Shown here in pieces: positions 1 to 18,047 of a stretch of 64,000 nucleotides of DNA; position 1 is the first letter of the stretch; every line of letters begins with the position of its first letter. The stretch comes from Adineta vaga (lineage: Eukaryota > Animalia > Rotifera). The translations under genes were made by a program, and so were the position numbers. The stretch lies in NCBI GenBank assembly GCA_021613535.1, contig CP075495.1, positions 4,464,001 to 4,528,000 on the forward strand, written 5' to 3'. The notes beneath the pieces are model-generated. The model was given only the letters and a program-made list of their open reading frames with translations. It did no database searches and was not told the DNA's origin.

Positions 1-722
1 ATGTGCCATATGTGTTGCACGACACCCTAAATATGAGGATTAGCGAAAAGAAATGAGTCTATTTAATATGGAAATATTTCAAATAGAAGATATACCGGAT
101 TCAAAAACAACAGGAGCATTCGGACCGATTAGAAGAGCACAGGCACCAGCACCACCTGTAGGACGGGCATTCCCTTTTGGATAGACAGCTATGTCACCCA
201 TAACCACAACAGCCTAAACAAAAAAGATCAAATATCATTTGATTAGGAACGTTATATTCAATTGATCTTTTGTATTACATATCGTCCATCCCAAAAACTT
301 GATTCGATCCAATGGATGGCATTGAATATAGCTGCCGTGCCTCCATAACAAGCATTTACATTATCTACACCTTCAACAGCTGTATTGTCATGATCAACAA
401 ATAATTGCATGAGAACTGTTTTGATCGATTTAGCTTTATCAATTAATGTTTCTGTTCCAACATCTAAACGACCTATTTGTTGAGGATGTACACCGGTTTC
501 ATCAAGTAAACGCGATAAAACAGTTAAACATAATGAACATATATCTTCATGATCAGAACATATTGACATCCGTTGTTGTCCTAATCCAATTGTATATTTG
601 CCTTTTGAAATATTCTCATGTGTTTCTAATTTCGATTGTTCAACATAAAGTGATGGAATGTAAAGTTCACAAGCAAGAATACCAACAGATGATGGACGAT
701 GTAAATAACCAGTTCCGTTCAT
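1..722 (-). CDS. HMGCS1: Hydroxymethylglutaryl-CoA synthase, 5' part (gene runs off the left edge)
   Basis: Motifs [18 protein letters not shown] and catalytic NACYGG. The next exon (~213-97) reads [24 protein letters not shown], followed by an exon reading CRATHMAH. Confidence 0.95.
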
Positions 723-1479
723 AATTTTGTTTCTCTCTAGAAGTAAAAGTTTAAAGAGTTAATATAAAAGTATTTATGGCCTTCAATAACAAATAATAAA
801 CAATGGAATGTGTATATGTTATGTTGAATGGTTGATTGTTGGATACCAATTTTAGACAGATGCAATATATATGACTCATTCAATCACGGGAAAAAAAGGA
901 GAAAAGAAAGAAGGAATAACATTAATGGCACAGAACATATCTAATAAAAGAAGTAAAGGGTAGTTGGCACTAGTCTACTGTCGCTTTCACATATGAATAT
1001 ACAATCAATTTTCTAGATTAATCACGATTTAATTTGTTCTCATTATATCATCAAATAAGAAAAATATTCAAAATGTTCTTTTGTTTAAACTAACGATATA
1101 TCTATCCATTTTTTGTTATGCAATTATTTAGCACAAAAATGCATACTTAGTTAAGCATATTGATCCTTACTATAAAATTTCATGTTTTTGACGCATTTAA
1201 ATAATGATGAAATACGACTGTAGCAGAAGGTTTTGATTTACTGCACGAAATAGAAGTTTATCGATCAATATTTTCTTTGTATTTATAGATACGTTATATA
1301 TGTAAGCAAGTCGTATAAAGCACAGAAAGCTAATATATACATGAACGCATTTCAAAATATGCATTATCAATTGATGATTCGTCGCTTTGTAGCATAATGA
1401 AAATTTTATTAATTAATTTATGGATATTATTGAAAACTAATTTGTTATGTAAAATAATGATTTATGTTTGAGATAAAAA

Positions 1480-3000
1480 CGCACTACCATGTGGATGTGG
1501 ACAAGTACCAGTAGAAATAAATTCACGAATTATTAATGGTGAAGACGTCGTACCTAAAAGGTGGCCAATGATGGTAATTAAAATAAACACTGTTATGGTG
1601 GAACGATTCTTAGCGAATCCTATGTACTAACAGCGACTTATTGTATCGATGATTTGCCGAGCGATGTAAGATATGTTGGAATATCCATTACATGGCACGC
1701 ATTTAGTCGTCATTGCATGGTGACAATCAGAGGGAGATGGTGTTTTTCCCAATGTTTTACAGCAAGTATCTATTAATATGATACATTATCTTGATAAACA
1801 ATGTGCAAAATCAATGTCTAATCCAAATATACACTTGTGTGCAGGAGTAGATGAAGATGATAAAGATAAAATTGTTTTATTTGTAATATTCAATCGTTTT
1901 CAATGAAAATATTATTGAGAAATATTTTCAGAGTCTTATTTATCGAACACTACAAGAGATAATTATCGAAGCTGGTATGTACGCTCAATTTGAACGTGAT
2001 ACAATAATTCGACAAGTAGATAGAGTTTATATTCATCGTAATTACAGTGTATCTGTTAATTCGTATAATAATTATATTGCTATTTTTTATTTATCAAAAT
2101 CACTCTATACAGAACATAACTCTTATGTATCATCAATATGTCCACTTTCAATGTATGATCACTCGATGGATCCTAGTAAGTATCTATCGAACATGAAAAT
2201 CAGAGGTGTTCAATATCTTCAGATCGACAAGAAATCTTTTGTAGATATATGCTATGCAGGCATAGAAAATTCTTTTTAATAAGTAGATTAGCTTGTTGTG
2301 CACATTAGGTTTCTTTATATAGATGATCCGGAAAGTCCAGTTTTTCAATAGGCTAATGATCGGTTGGATACAAATAGGTTTATCATCGTATTGTAGAATG
2401 CATGCTGATCTTAGCATTTTTACAAGATTAAATACTTTTACAAATTCTCTTAAATTCGACTCCAATAAAATCACCTGATGTATATCATCATGACAAGGAA
2501 GCACCATGTGGTTGCGGACCGACCGATGTTACCATAACTTCTTCTCAATGTATAAATGATTATAATAGTAATGATTATGCGTCGAAAAATTGATCAAATT
2601 TATATTCATTCAAACTATTCAAGCACTCAATCTTATTTGCATGATATTGCAATTGTTCACATCGATCATCCGTTTCCTCTAGACTAAACATCATTAAGAA
2701 TATCGAAAACATGTTTGTCGATTTTAAAGCTGGTACATCGACCATTCTTCGACAAATATCAGTTCGATTGATAGATACTAAAAATACCATATGTGCGAGT
2801 TCTATTATCAACGATACCTATCAATTCTATGCTGCACTAGTAGCAAATGATAATGTTAGCATGAAACTGAATTATTTATCACGCGGTAAGAAATATTGAA
2901 AGTCTAAATGAATTCAATTCATATTCATCTAGATGATACTGGTGGACCAATCATGATCTTCAAAGATAATCATTGAGAACAAGTAAATTAATGAAAGCAT
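1480..3000 (+). pseudogene. Decayed multi-domain trypsin-like serine protease
   Basis: Fragments CGCGQVPVEINSRIINGEDVVPKRWPMMV, GGTILSESYVLTATYC, IIRQVDRVYIHRNY, CGCGPTDV and DTGGPIMIF occur in shifting frames with stops. They are paralogous to the intact gene immediately downstream. Confidence 0.75.
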
Positions 3001-3494
3001 GATGTCATTGACAAACCTTTTACTACTTCATATTATGCTTCTTTATTCATCTACATTAATATAAATATATCCAAATGGATTATTTCTCAGTAAAGTATAT
3101 TTTTTGTAATCGTTCGATAGAATTCTAGAACAGGAATTAACGATAATATTGTCATCAGATCTCATCATAAAATTTCGTAAAAACGGTTATAATCATCAAT
3201 CATTGTTAGTCATAAAAAAAAGAGAGTTATATTATTCTGTCAGTTGTCACTAATCAAATAATTCTTATTGTTGATGTAATAACGATATATCATATGTTAG
3301 ATAACAATGTGTTTATAATAGTTTTAACTATGACTTTTGAAAGAAAACAAAAAAATAGGTGCTTACGAAAATATAGATAAGTAGTAAATAACAAAACAAA
3401 GGTTGAAAGACTTTTTCTTTTATTTTTAACGTACATTCTCAATACTCTCTTTTCATCGCGTTTCAAACATCAAATTAAATATTGAATATAAACT

Positions 3495-6554
<3,060 letters not shown>

Positions 6555-7533
6555 GTAATAGAAGAAAAAACAACTATTTTTTCATGTAATTAATAAATAA
6601 GAATTCATATGAAGTAAAAAAACGAATACAGAGAAGCAGCAAATTTCTTTAGTATCTCTACTAATTCTGTCTGTCGACCAACTTCATAAGCACATCATTT
6701 TAGATTTCAATATGAGTTCTTAATTAAACAGAATTTGATAGCATAAATTATCAGATCCTATTTATATCTCTTTGTTAAATAATTCTTATCTTCTTAGTAA
6801 ATTTCTCATTTGTTTTTAATCTGAATTATATCAAATGAAGACAAATATAGTTTACTAGTTGAATTGTAACTATTTTTATATTTCACATTGTTTATTTAAA
6901 GAGTAATTCTTCATCTTTTCTAAAGTATCAATAAATAAAACAATACATTCGTAATAATTTTTTTTTCTCTTTTTCCATTGTCGTTTTTTTCTTATCGATC
7001 TTGTCTCTTTCGTGTTTCTCCTTTTTATACATCTTAGACAAATGAAAACAAAATCAAACACAACACAACAATAGTAAAACTGATGAAGAAGACGGAAGAA
7101 AAAAAAGAAAAATTTTTCTATATACAAACAATGTGACCAAACACGACAGAAGAAAAGAAAAAACGAAAAGAGAAAAACCATAAATACATTCATACATACT
7201 ACAGACAACAAACAAAGCAATATGTGCCATCGTTAATAAGCACAAAAGAAAAAGAAGAAAAAAAAAGAAAGGAAGATGATGATGAAGAAGAAAAACCAAA
7301 ACCGATAGTGAAGAGCAATATGCCCAATAGAAGAATTTGAATAAGTCAACGTTTAATTAACCACAAGAAAACGAAAATGAAAACTATATACATTGTATAT
7401 AGACTAAGGCAAAGAAGGAGAAGAAATGAGTGGAGTGAAGAAAACTCTACTGTTATATATGTGCGTGCGTTGGATAAAGAGAATATTTATCTGACATAAT
7501 GTCTGTTGGAAAGGAAAACTTCTTTTGCTTTTT

Positions 7534-10500
7534 TTATTCATCCACTTGTTCATCGTCTCCATGTGTTAAACTAAAAAAAGAAAAATTCATAAGAAAATCG
7601 ATTTTTCTTTTTCCAAATCTACAACCTCATATCATTTTGTCCATCATCATCATCTGTATGTTCATATTGATTATGATTCATACCTCTTGATTGATCATTA
7701 TGTGAACCATTATTATCATTAACACTATTGGAATTTTCATCATCTTCATCATCGTCTTCAACATTATGTGAATGTAAAAGACCCTTGAGAAAAAAAAAGA
7801 CAATTATATACTTCTTATTTTGTCTATTTTCCTTTTCTTACTTTAAAATCTTTATAATCATCTTCCATACCAAATGGATAAGAATACAAAGCTTGATCAT
7901 CACCAGTAGATGTATTATGACTAAAAATGAATCATACATACGTTTTTCTATAAAGAAGAAACTCTTTAAAAATTAATTTCAATTTACCCATAAGAAGATG
8001 ATGATTCATTATGATTATTTCCTTTTTCTGCTCCACGCGTTAAACGTCGTTTACAAAATTCATTTTCATCTACAGTCCATACGGCACCTTTGATATTTTC
8101 TACACGCATAAAACATTTATGTAATGATAAGTTGTGTCGTACAGCATTCTATTTTGAAAAATAAGACGATAATATTAAGATTGAAAATCAAAAGAGAAAT
8201 CTTTACCTTCCATGTTTGAGCATTTTTACGAAAATATAGAAATTGTGCTTCAAACCATTTATAGACTTCATTTAATGTTAGTTGATTATCTGGAGATTCA
8301 ATAATTGCCTAGAATAAATACATACGATAATTTTCATCGTAATAGCTTGCTTTCGAGAGTTAAAATACCTGACGAATTAATGTTGCATATGTAAATGGTG
8401 GCCGTACGTCATGCGTCATATAATAATCACGATTTTTTAATTCTAAAAATAGAAAAGTTTTTCTTCGATTTCTATAAAGATTTTTATTTTGTATAACAAA
8501 CCTTTTCCTTTTCCTGCACGTTTTCCACCTAATGCTAACATTGCTTTACTTTTTTTACTCATGTGATGTTTTCCACTTGAACCCATTGATACAAGAGATA
8601 AATTATTTCCATTTGATCTTGATGGTGTTGATGTATTACCATTTGTACCAACCATATCATCATCATCATCATCATCGTCATCATCATCATCTTCGTCTTC
8701 TTGTGTATCATCTCCAACTTCTTCTTCAACAGTATGAACAGGTGGCGGGGAACTAGACGCACTAGCACGTAAAATCGCCGATGTTGTGGCATTATTTACC
8801 GACGAAAGATCCTGTGGTGTTGCAGTTGTTTTTATTAATCCAGCTGATGTTAGGAAAGCATTTTCTAATTTAACAATCGGTAAATGATGAAGTGATGATG
8901 ATGTTGGAGATGATAATTGATTTGAACGATTATTATGGTATGATGCTAATGTACGTGATGGTTGATGTGTAATTATATGGGCAGTTGTTGTCGTGGGATT
9001 CGATGTTGATGCACCATTGGAAATAATTTGTTGATTTCCTCCATGTAAATGTTTCATCATTGATTGAAGAATTTCACGTTCACGTGTTAATAATGCTTCT
9101 AATTGTTGTACGACATGTTGTTGTACGCGTGCTTGAGCAACGGATCGATCATCCAAAGAATGTTCATCACTAAGATGTCGATTAAAATCAATCAATGATG
9201 AACATAATGTATCACAACTTGGCCAACGACAATAATTTCGTTGAAATAATGGATTATTAGATAAATCTTGTTGAGTCGAACGATTGATCGTTGTTGTCGT
9301 TGCTGTTGGCATTATAATACGAGTTTCAGTTGAGTTATTAGAATTCGTTCCAAGAAGGTTCAAACCTATTAATAACAAGTGGTGAAAAAAGTATTAAATC
9401 TATTGTTTGTTTTCATTCAGCAATTCGAAAAATAAAGATAAACGTGCAAAAATCCGAGCAATAAAATAAATGTTCGATCAATGCACGCACAAATTATTCA
9501 AAACAAAACGAATTATATGCTATTCTTCTGTCTCCTCTCCGAAAAATGACCAACCGGTTGTGGTTCGACCTGTGGTTAGTAGATCAGTAATGTTAATCGT
9601 GGTTGGTTGCTGATATGGACGTGTTGAAATTGAAATAATTGATGGAGATTCTGTAGATACTTATATAGATTGTTTATGAAGAGAAAAAGTTTGTCTTTCT
9701 TCAGAGGAAAAAGTAAACAATGAAGACAAAGAATTCTTACCAGTAGTCGAAGAATTATTGGGTGTCGTAGTTGTTAAATATTGAACAGCTGCTGCTGTCG
9801 GTTGATTAGAATTATTTGAATTTGTAATACTGAATAAACTGGGTATTTGTTGTTGCTGCTGTTGTTGTTGTTGTTGTTTCGAAGAAACTTGTTGAAGGAG
9901 AAGTTGTTGGCTAGCTAATTGAGTCTAAAATCGAAGAATCAAGAAAAATGAGATAACAATTGTTTTATTGATTTACTTGAATTTGTTTAATCACTTCAGA
10001 ATTGGTCGATGTTGTACTCGGTGCCGGCGTTGTTTGAACTAGATTAAGTTGAATTTGTTCACTTAATTGTTGATTAATTTTTTCAACAAGAAGACGTTGC
10101 TATATAATGTAAAAGAAGAATAAATAAATGAACTGTAACAATAAACTTTGTTTTTGTGACTAATATTCAATCATTATCGTTGTTACAGATGCCATAGCTT
10201 ACATGAAATAACATACAAATAGAAGATATAGTCTCGTTGGTTGTTGTTGTTTTTTGTTGTGTGTATGTGTGTATGTGTGTTTCTTTCTCTTTTCTTCGTT
10301 TTTTACTCTATTATTAATTTTCTTTCCTTCTCGTTCTTATTCTCTATATGTTGTTTTTTGGTCGTCCTCATAAGCGAACACTATAAGCAACATCCTGTGC
10401 ATGCGATGTTTGTCGTACAACGAATGAGATGTCAAAGAAAGATGGAGAGTAACAGAAAGAGAAAAAGAAAAGAGGAGAAAAAAATGAGAAAGCAATTCAT

Positions 10501-11019
10501 ATTGTTCATAGTCTATGTATGAAAAGACACCATCTTGTAGGCTTCATAAATGACCATAGACGTTTGATAAATAGAGACAGAGCGGGGATATATGTATATG
10601 TATATGTATATATATATATATATGTATACAAGTTGACCTGTTACATCATATGAATTATATACCTGTTCCGGACTTGTTAGTATTTGTTGAATAAGCATAT
10701 TTTGTATTGCATTCGATGATGGTTGTAAATATTGAAGCATAGTTGATGTTGTCACTGGTTGTTGCTGTTGCGAGGACACTGTAGTTGACATATAATCACC
10801 TGAATCGATTAAACGTAGTGTACTCTAATACACAGAAGAACAAAACTAAGTATCAAATCTTAAGAATAAAATTACATTATTCGATGATGTTGGAGAAACA
10901 ATAGTTGTACCATTTTGTAAATGACCTGTTTGTTCATTAAGAATGGTAGTTGAAGATGTTTTAGCTCTCGCTGCTGTTTGCAGTTTAGATGTTCGATTTG
11001 TTGTTGTTACTCTCATCAT
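7534..11019 (-). CDS. FoxP: Forkhead box P transcription factor
   Basis: Q-rich N-terminus, C2H2 finger CRWPSC..HLSDEH, leucine zipper [20 protein letters not shown], and forkhead [14 protein letters not shown]|[22 protein letters not shown]|[28 protein letters not shown]. Confidence 0.95.
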
Positions 11020-12868
11020 AGATTTTACGAAAAAAAAGAATTCATTCAACGACAATCTACAATAAAATATCAATAACGAGTTTAACCTTCTGTTTTTTTC
11101 TCGTTCTCTCGGTCAACAATTCTTGTTTGTCCATTTTCCTCTCTCCTTCTCAATTTTTTTATTACCAAGAAAAACTACGAGGAGAGAGAGGTCAAAAATT
11201 TAATTGTCTCAGTAGACAAATATGAATAAAAAAAAGTATAACCCATACATATATACATTGTTTATCTTAACCCATTCGAATGTTGCCATGTAGTTACTTT
11301 GATAGAAGAGAGTAGGACGAAGAGAAAAAGAAAAAAGCAAAGAATAGCAAAATGTTGTTGTTGTTCTGTTGTGTGTGTGTTCGACGCACGACCCCAACAT
11401 CACATATACAATAACAATATTTCTCTCTTTAATCAACAAAATGCAAAGAAAATCTTTGATCGACCTATTCAATAAAAAAGCATTCTTTTCATAATCATAA
11501 GACACTATAGAACTTCATCAGAACTACATTCGAGATTTTCATAAAGAATCTTATCTATAAGTACACATAACGACCCTAATTGACCTATTTCTGAAGATGT
11601 CTTTCAATATCTATCGATAACATATAAATATGTAATACATAACAAATCATCTACAGATATTTCCTAAAATCGTAAAGATCTATTAAAACTTGATTCACTA
11701 TTACTTGATTTAAACACACGATCAAATGCTTCATCCATATCTAATACTAATGTAAGAGCTATATTGAGTGTATTTATCAGTATAAAGGTTTTTAAAATTG
11801 ATAACAAATACTGAAATACCTGTAACAAGCTATATAACTTTGCAACTCATCTACCAACGTAAACGATAAGACGGTGCTGTTTCTATCAGCGAATGGCTTC
11901 GTTTTTTTATAGTCAAACAGCAATACCATATTGATTTGAAGAGATTAATAAATAATATATATCATTGATAAAATTCGGAACTGTCAAGAGAGAATAACAA
12001 ATAAATAAAAAAAACCTTAATGAAACAAAAAAAATAAGGAAGAAAAGAAAGCTTGATTGTTATTGGTTTGTGACAAGATTAGAAAGAAAATATAATATAA
12101 AAGAAAATAAATAGGTTATTATTTCTTCTATGAATTATATGATGAAGATATACAACCATTCTTGACGCATTTTACTATAGATTTTATTGTGGTTTCAAAT
12201 ATAAAGATGGCGCCACATGACAGATACCTTAGTTTTCAAATTATCATGTATTATTATTAACATGTATACGCATACTTGAGTATTAGATTCTTATAAAAAT
12301 TAGTGGATTAATTCATTTTGCTGTGATGATAACAAACATTGCTATGAGAATGCTTTTTTCATTATTTCAAATTCAAAATAAAGTAAGCATGATCATGATC
12401 GTTTCTATAAAAGTGGTTATTTTCTTGTGAAATCAAACAAAAGTATAGAGAAAATTACGCAATGAAAATAGTTTGATTCTATAGTATTGAACATCTACAA
12501 GATATAAAAATGAAGAGAAAACAAACAATAACAAACAAAACGAACAAAAATATATGTAACAAATGTGTATATGTATAGATTTTACTCATTCTATCTGCAA
12601 TGGCAAAGAGATCATAGATAATATGTGTAGTGTACCTACATGAGAAACAAAGAAATCGAAGAGTCTGTGCCTGTTCGTAGTTTGAAGAAACCAGAAAAGA
12701 ACAACTCTTATAACAAATTGTATTATCATTTTTAGTTTACTTTTTGTTTCCAAATGAAAGGTTAAGAATATCAGAGAAACATAAATATGTGTGTATCTAT
12801 ATTAAAGAAAAGAACAAAAGTCATATTTGTTAAATTTATACAGATTGGTTGTTACTCTGAAATATTTG

Positions 12869-15633
12869 CTACTGGGCAGAGTATTTTCCATTTCCATTCA
12901 TTGTTTTATTCTCATTTTTCAAATGAACACGTCTTGTCACCAATGATGTTGAATATCTTTTTGAGTTTGTTTCTGTTGAAGAACGATTGTCATCGGAATA
13001 TTGTCGATATCGGGTTAACGACGAAGAACGATGTTCTAGATTTATTGTCAATATTTACAACTATAAATTACGATATTACTATATGTATTCATGTTTACCT
13101 CTTGAAGAACTAGTTGATCGTGTTCGTTTTTTACTATTTGTTATTGGCTCGGTTTGTAGTTTTGGTACTGGAGGTGATGATGATGATGATGATGTAACTA
13201 GAACTTTATGTAATAATCTCTCAGCTTGATGACGTTCTAATTCTACTTGACCAGATTGGATTAAATCAACAAATGTTGAAAAATACGGTTGAATATGTGC
13301 AACATCTAAATCACCATTTAAGACGGCATCAAGCATTCTTTTAGCTATCAATGGAGACACGACTTTTTCAGATTTCGTCTTCAAATCTTCTATCCTTTTG
13401 CTTGATAATAAATTTGACATACTCATATCATATTCATCTTCTTCATCTACTTGTAAAAGACCACTTGCTGCTAATATAGCACGTGCTGATTGTTCATTAA
13501 GAACAGCATGAGTACCATTTGTTGATTTTTGCTGTGCATTTAATAGAGTATAACCATCAAAGTTTGGTCTCGTTTTTGTCGGAGATATTCGTAATATTCC
13601 ATTATCAGTTAATGTCGGTGTTCGATTTGTATCAAGTATTACACGGCGATTAGATGGTTGACTAGTATTTCGACGAATAGTTTGTCCATTTTCCAGAGTG
13701 ACATGGTTTTCATTTGCATTGATTGACAAAGGAGAGATATGTTGATTCTCCTAGAACAAGACATTGAATATTACGACATTTTTATCATAAGCTTTCGTTG
13801 CTATCCTTTTGAAAGTTAGTATGCAACAGTGATAAAATATTTGATCACAATAAGACTGCTCTTGAAACAGCGAAAAAAAAAGAATGAATTTTTGTTTTAC
13901 ATACTAATTTATTTTGGAATGTCTGCATGTGATTTGTTTCATGTCTAAAAGTAGTCGGAAAAAAATCAACTCATATTGATATAAGAATAAATAGTTGCTA
14001 AGACATACATCATTTCTTGATAGGTTAATGAATGTGGATCAATAGGTCGAGATTCTAGTAGCTCATTATAATTTTGATACCAGAACTGTCGATCAAATGG
14101 ATAGAGTAAATCTTCAGGAGAAAGACCATGTTGAATCGAGTCTATAAAGTTTTTCAAATAAAAACCGTTGAAAACACAAAACAAAACTAACCTTGATGAT
14201 TGACTCTTATCAATCTTAATAATAATAAACAAAGTTAATTGATTTTATTTTTGAATACATCTAATATCTACTTACTCTGATGGGATTATTTCATTCTCTA
14301 TTTTTACACTTTTAATACAATCTTTTTCTCGTTCATTTTCAAACGGATAATCATACTCTTCAAATGTTTTCGATGTTAATTGTATTGAGAAATTTCTTTG
14401 TCCTTTACAACTCTGTGCTGAAGACGATTTATATGCAACAGCAAGAACAATTGGCTTTTGTCCAATGAATGAATTAAGTTGAATATGTAGTTGAATAGTT
14501 CCTGGTCCACCGTGTCGTGATTGAATTTGTTTTGCATAATTTTCAATAAGACGTTGTTGTTCAGAACGAATGATTGATGCTGCCTGGACACGTTCATACA
14601 TTTCGGGATGATGAACTTTCTAATTGAACACAAAAGAAAAAGAAGAAAGATTGATTTCTCAAAACAGAAAAAAGATTTCGATAAGTTATACTAAAAACTT
14701 TCGCTGATGTTCAATATTTGTTATATGTTGTAGAATTGATTGTGATGAACATTTACAATGGCATAAATCACAGATATACTGTGCGGAATTAAATAAGTTT
14801 TCAAATTGAAATTCGATAACATAATTCAATCCTATGATAATGATGAGTTTACATAAGATATAACAGAAATATGATCATACCTAATAGAGACTCTTTTGCT
14901 TGTTTGATTTGTTCATCACAGAGTAATTGACGATTAAATACTTTCTGATTAAGCATTTCAGGTGAAAACATCGCTTTATATACCGAACGATATTCTGGTT
15001 CGACTATTTTTCATTAAAAAGTATATTTTTCGAACATATAATTTTAAGACAAAGAATTAGTTACCTGATTGTAATACATCATGAATATTTTGAGTCTATA
15101 ATAGAAACAAGATATTATTTCTATGGAATTGGTAGTTGTTTTTTTTGCTTTTTATCAAAACAGTATACATCTTTGTATGAAAACAAAAATCGAGCATTAA
15201 TCTCTGATACTTATCACTATGAAATATTAGGATGATATTATCCGATGTAGTACCTCTTAGGTTCATAGCGATTTATTATCAGTGAGTCGAAAAACCACCT
15301 GTTACCTTCATTTAGTTAACTTAGAATATGAAAACTATTGTAAAACTTACTTGTTGATGTTGTTCACTGTTCAAATGTGAATTGAAAAGTTTCTGATTTG
15401 ATAAATCAATATTACAAATAGTACAAGAAAAACGTCGATTAGATTTAACCACCGTTTGACCAGTATTATTATTAGTTGAGTTACGAATTACATTTAATGT
15501 ATCAGGTAATTCAGAAAATGAATTGCCAGTTGTTGAAGATAAAACTTCAATTGATTCAGATGGAATTGAATTTGTATTCTAAGAAAAAATAAGCAGGTGC
15601 ACGGAAAAACTTTTATCGTTTTAATTTTACCAT
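12869..15633 (-). CDS. Uncharacterised protein with two U1/matrin-type C2H2 zinc fingers
   Basis: Spliced exons give FSCTICNIDLSNQKLFNSHLNSEQH and GLNYVIEF..YICDLCHCKCSSQSILQHITNIEH. The first coding exon is only ATG|gt. The C-terminus is low-complexity. Confidence 0.7.
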
Positions 15634-16778
15634 GGAATTAACGTTTTAAATCATCATCTGATCAACTGAAAAAAAGAGTAAGTTTTTCATATAGGAAATC
15701 TCTGATTGGCCAATAGAAATCTACCAATTAGATTTTTATCATTTTCATCTAAAGAGATTTAACAAATACAAATTTTTTGAGAATAAAATAAACATTGTTT
15801 TGAAAGAAAAAGAATCTTTTCTGAAGTAAATTAATATCGATGATTGTACTGCCCTCTGTAATATGCAATCTATCTGAATAGCAGTCTAATTCGATTCGAC
15901 TTCGAATATAATTGACGATTTTCAAAAAATGCTCCTAATCATTAAATGTTGATGGATAAAGATTTAGACTTTCTTACCCATAAATATAATTTGTAAGAAG
16001 AGTCATATAGGTGTTTAATTTTGAATTATAATGAATGGTAACCAAAATAAAACTATATTCCTATTCTATGGAAAAACTCTAGCTAAAGTTTCGTGATTTA
16101 TATTCGCATTCAAATTAGGCTGCTCATGATATTCTTACGATCATCAGTATGAGAAGATATGCGATAAAACCTTAACAACCAAAATTAAACTATAGGACTG
16201 CCCATCACATGTGTACGCATGCAAAAAGACAACTAGTCATTCAATTGATGTATTACATCAATCATTTACGGCCCGTACGATTAGGGAGAGAATGGGGAGC
16301 ATATTTTCCCTCTCTAATATTTTTCTAACATATTGTCTTTCTACCGCAGAATTTAGGGGCATGACTTTTTTATCAGTTAGCAAACACGACGAACTGTACA
16401 CAGACAAACATGTTGTATTTTTCGATAAAAAAAAATAGCATTCTCTCTATAAGTATATAGAAAGAATTGCTTGCTATTTCGCACACGAATGATTTCTGAG
16501 AAGATGTTCCATTTTCTTCTTCAATGTGTCCTATTTTCTCCTTTAGTTTAGATTGCTTTCTCTTTCAAATTGGTAGACTTTCTCCCTTGAATCTCCCCCT
16601 CCCTGAGCAAAACTAAACGAAAGCTGTGATTATTTGGAATAGAAATAAACAGATGCTCCATTTATCATATGATTCAGAACTGACTTTTCTTCTCACTGAC
16701 TTTTTTGTTTAATTTTCTTTTTTTTATACATCATAATTGAAGAGAAAATTCTCAGATCCTACAGTTATGTATGATTTT

Positions 16779-17404
16779 CAGAGACCGGACAAGTACAAGT
16801 GCAGCAAGTATGATTAAAACTACTTGTACTTTTAAAGTTGAACTTTGAACTTTTACTCAAGTACAATTACTTCGGTATATTTGTACTCATAGTACCGGTG
16901 CTGAGTACATTAGTAGGAAGTACTCGTACTTCAGTACATTTTACTAACTACCGGTGCTTCTGTACATTTTTGCGCAAACGAAAAATATTACAAACCATAA
17001 CACTAAAAAGCATAAATTATAATCATTTATATTTATCGTATGATATTGTTTTCTTTCGTAATTGTTTTGAAATTGATTGATTTTTTCTTGCTCAGTATAA
17101 CTTTTACATTTTTATTTTGAATTATCTTACTATTTTTTTCGAATACTCGTCTACAATATGTATGCTTATCGCGAATGTTTCAAATTGTAGCTACATGACA
17201 TAAGTATGCGCTGAAATATATGAAATATACGTTTTATTGAAACTTCACGATATAATCAAGTCAAAACAAGAAGAAACATGATAATTACAGATTAAATAAG
17301 CGAAGTAAACGTTTAGAAAAGATAAGCAAGTACATTTTGTACTTACAATTCTTCAGTACAAGAGTACAGAAATACTGAGTATTGTACTTAGTATCCAGTC
17401 TCTG
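16779..17404. mobile_element. Non-autonomous hAT-like DNA transposon (MITE)
   Basis: TIRs CAGAGACCGGA and TCCAGTCTCTG (10/11 match). Flanks ATGATTTT / ATGATTGT form a 7/8 match 8-bp TSD. Dense subterminal AGTAC/GTACT repeats; no transposase ORF. Confidence 0.8.
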
Positions 17405-17588
17405 ATGATTGTTCATCCTTAATCCAGATTTAACAAGCGTTTTATTTTATCTTGATTAAACAAAGTTTATTGTTGAGAAACTAATGTTTTTTTATGATTT
17501 TAATAAACAACAAGTCTGAATTAAATGAGAAAACTAGAAACTATTGAGTATTTCTTTATACATTAATACATACAGTAAAAGTCTATAT

Positions 17589-18047
17589 TTACAACAAAGG
17601 AAAATACAAATGAAAATCTTTAGGACGAACATATAACTCATTTGTAATAAGATGTCTTATCCGAGAACAGTTGGAACGTGCTACATCGTCAGTAAAATTG
17701 TTTGTAACTATTTTTAATGTTTCATAACCGATGTGAAGTTCCAGCAAACAAGGTAAACGAATATTATTTTCAAAGAGAAACTGCTCAGCATAATCAATAT
17801 GTGCGTTCGTAATATCCAATTTCTGGAGATGTGGAAATGTGATCAATGTAGATGAGTGTTACTTCTTCTTTTGTGCTTTCAAATTATTCAAACTTATGTT
17901 ACGAATGAACGGAAAACGTTGAAAGATATTCTCAAATAAATCATGTTCAAATGGATAAGAACCAGTCATTATTACTGATCGAACTTTATCAAATACACCA
18001 CTTTCAAAAGAATTGGTCGTTATAACTTTTGCCTTTTCTTTTGTCAA
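17589..18047 (-). pseudogene. 5'-truncated remnant of an F-box/LRR-type protein C-terminus
   Basis: Reads PFEHDLFENIFQRFPFI..ITFPHLQKLDI..HIDYAEQFL..LPCLLELHIGYETLKIVTNNFT..FHLYFPLL. The two ORFs are in the same frame, separated by TAA at 17859-17861. No upstream exons were found. Confidence 0.65.

Noticed and set aside
6876-7299. Phe/Lys-rich ORFs from the ORF track (also 10241-10522, 24511-24810, 25483-26201)
   Set aside because: Low-complexity poly-A/T translations in UTR, intron or intergenic DNA.
7990-8450. Duplicated forkhead exon like the FoxP mutually exclusive exons of insects and vertebrates
   Set aside because: Introns here are all short, and no second copy of the exon is visible.
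16190-16630. GC-richer segment resembling a transposon remnant
   Set aside because: No matching TIR pair or TSD could be identified.
16790-16950. Short AGTAC repeats superficially like a CRISPR array
   Set aside because: Irregular 5-6 bp units without spacers, in a eukaryotic context; explained as MITE subterminal repeats.
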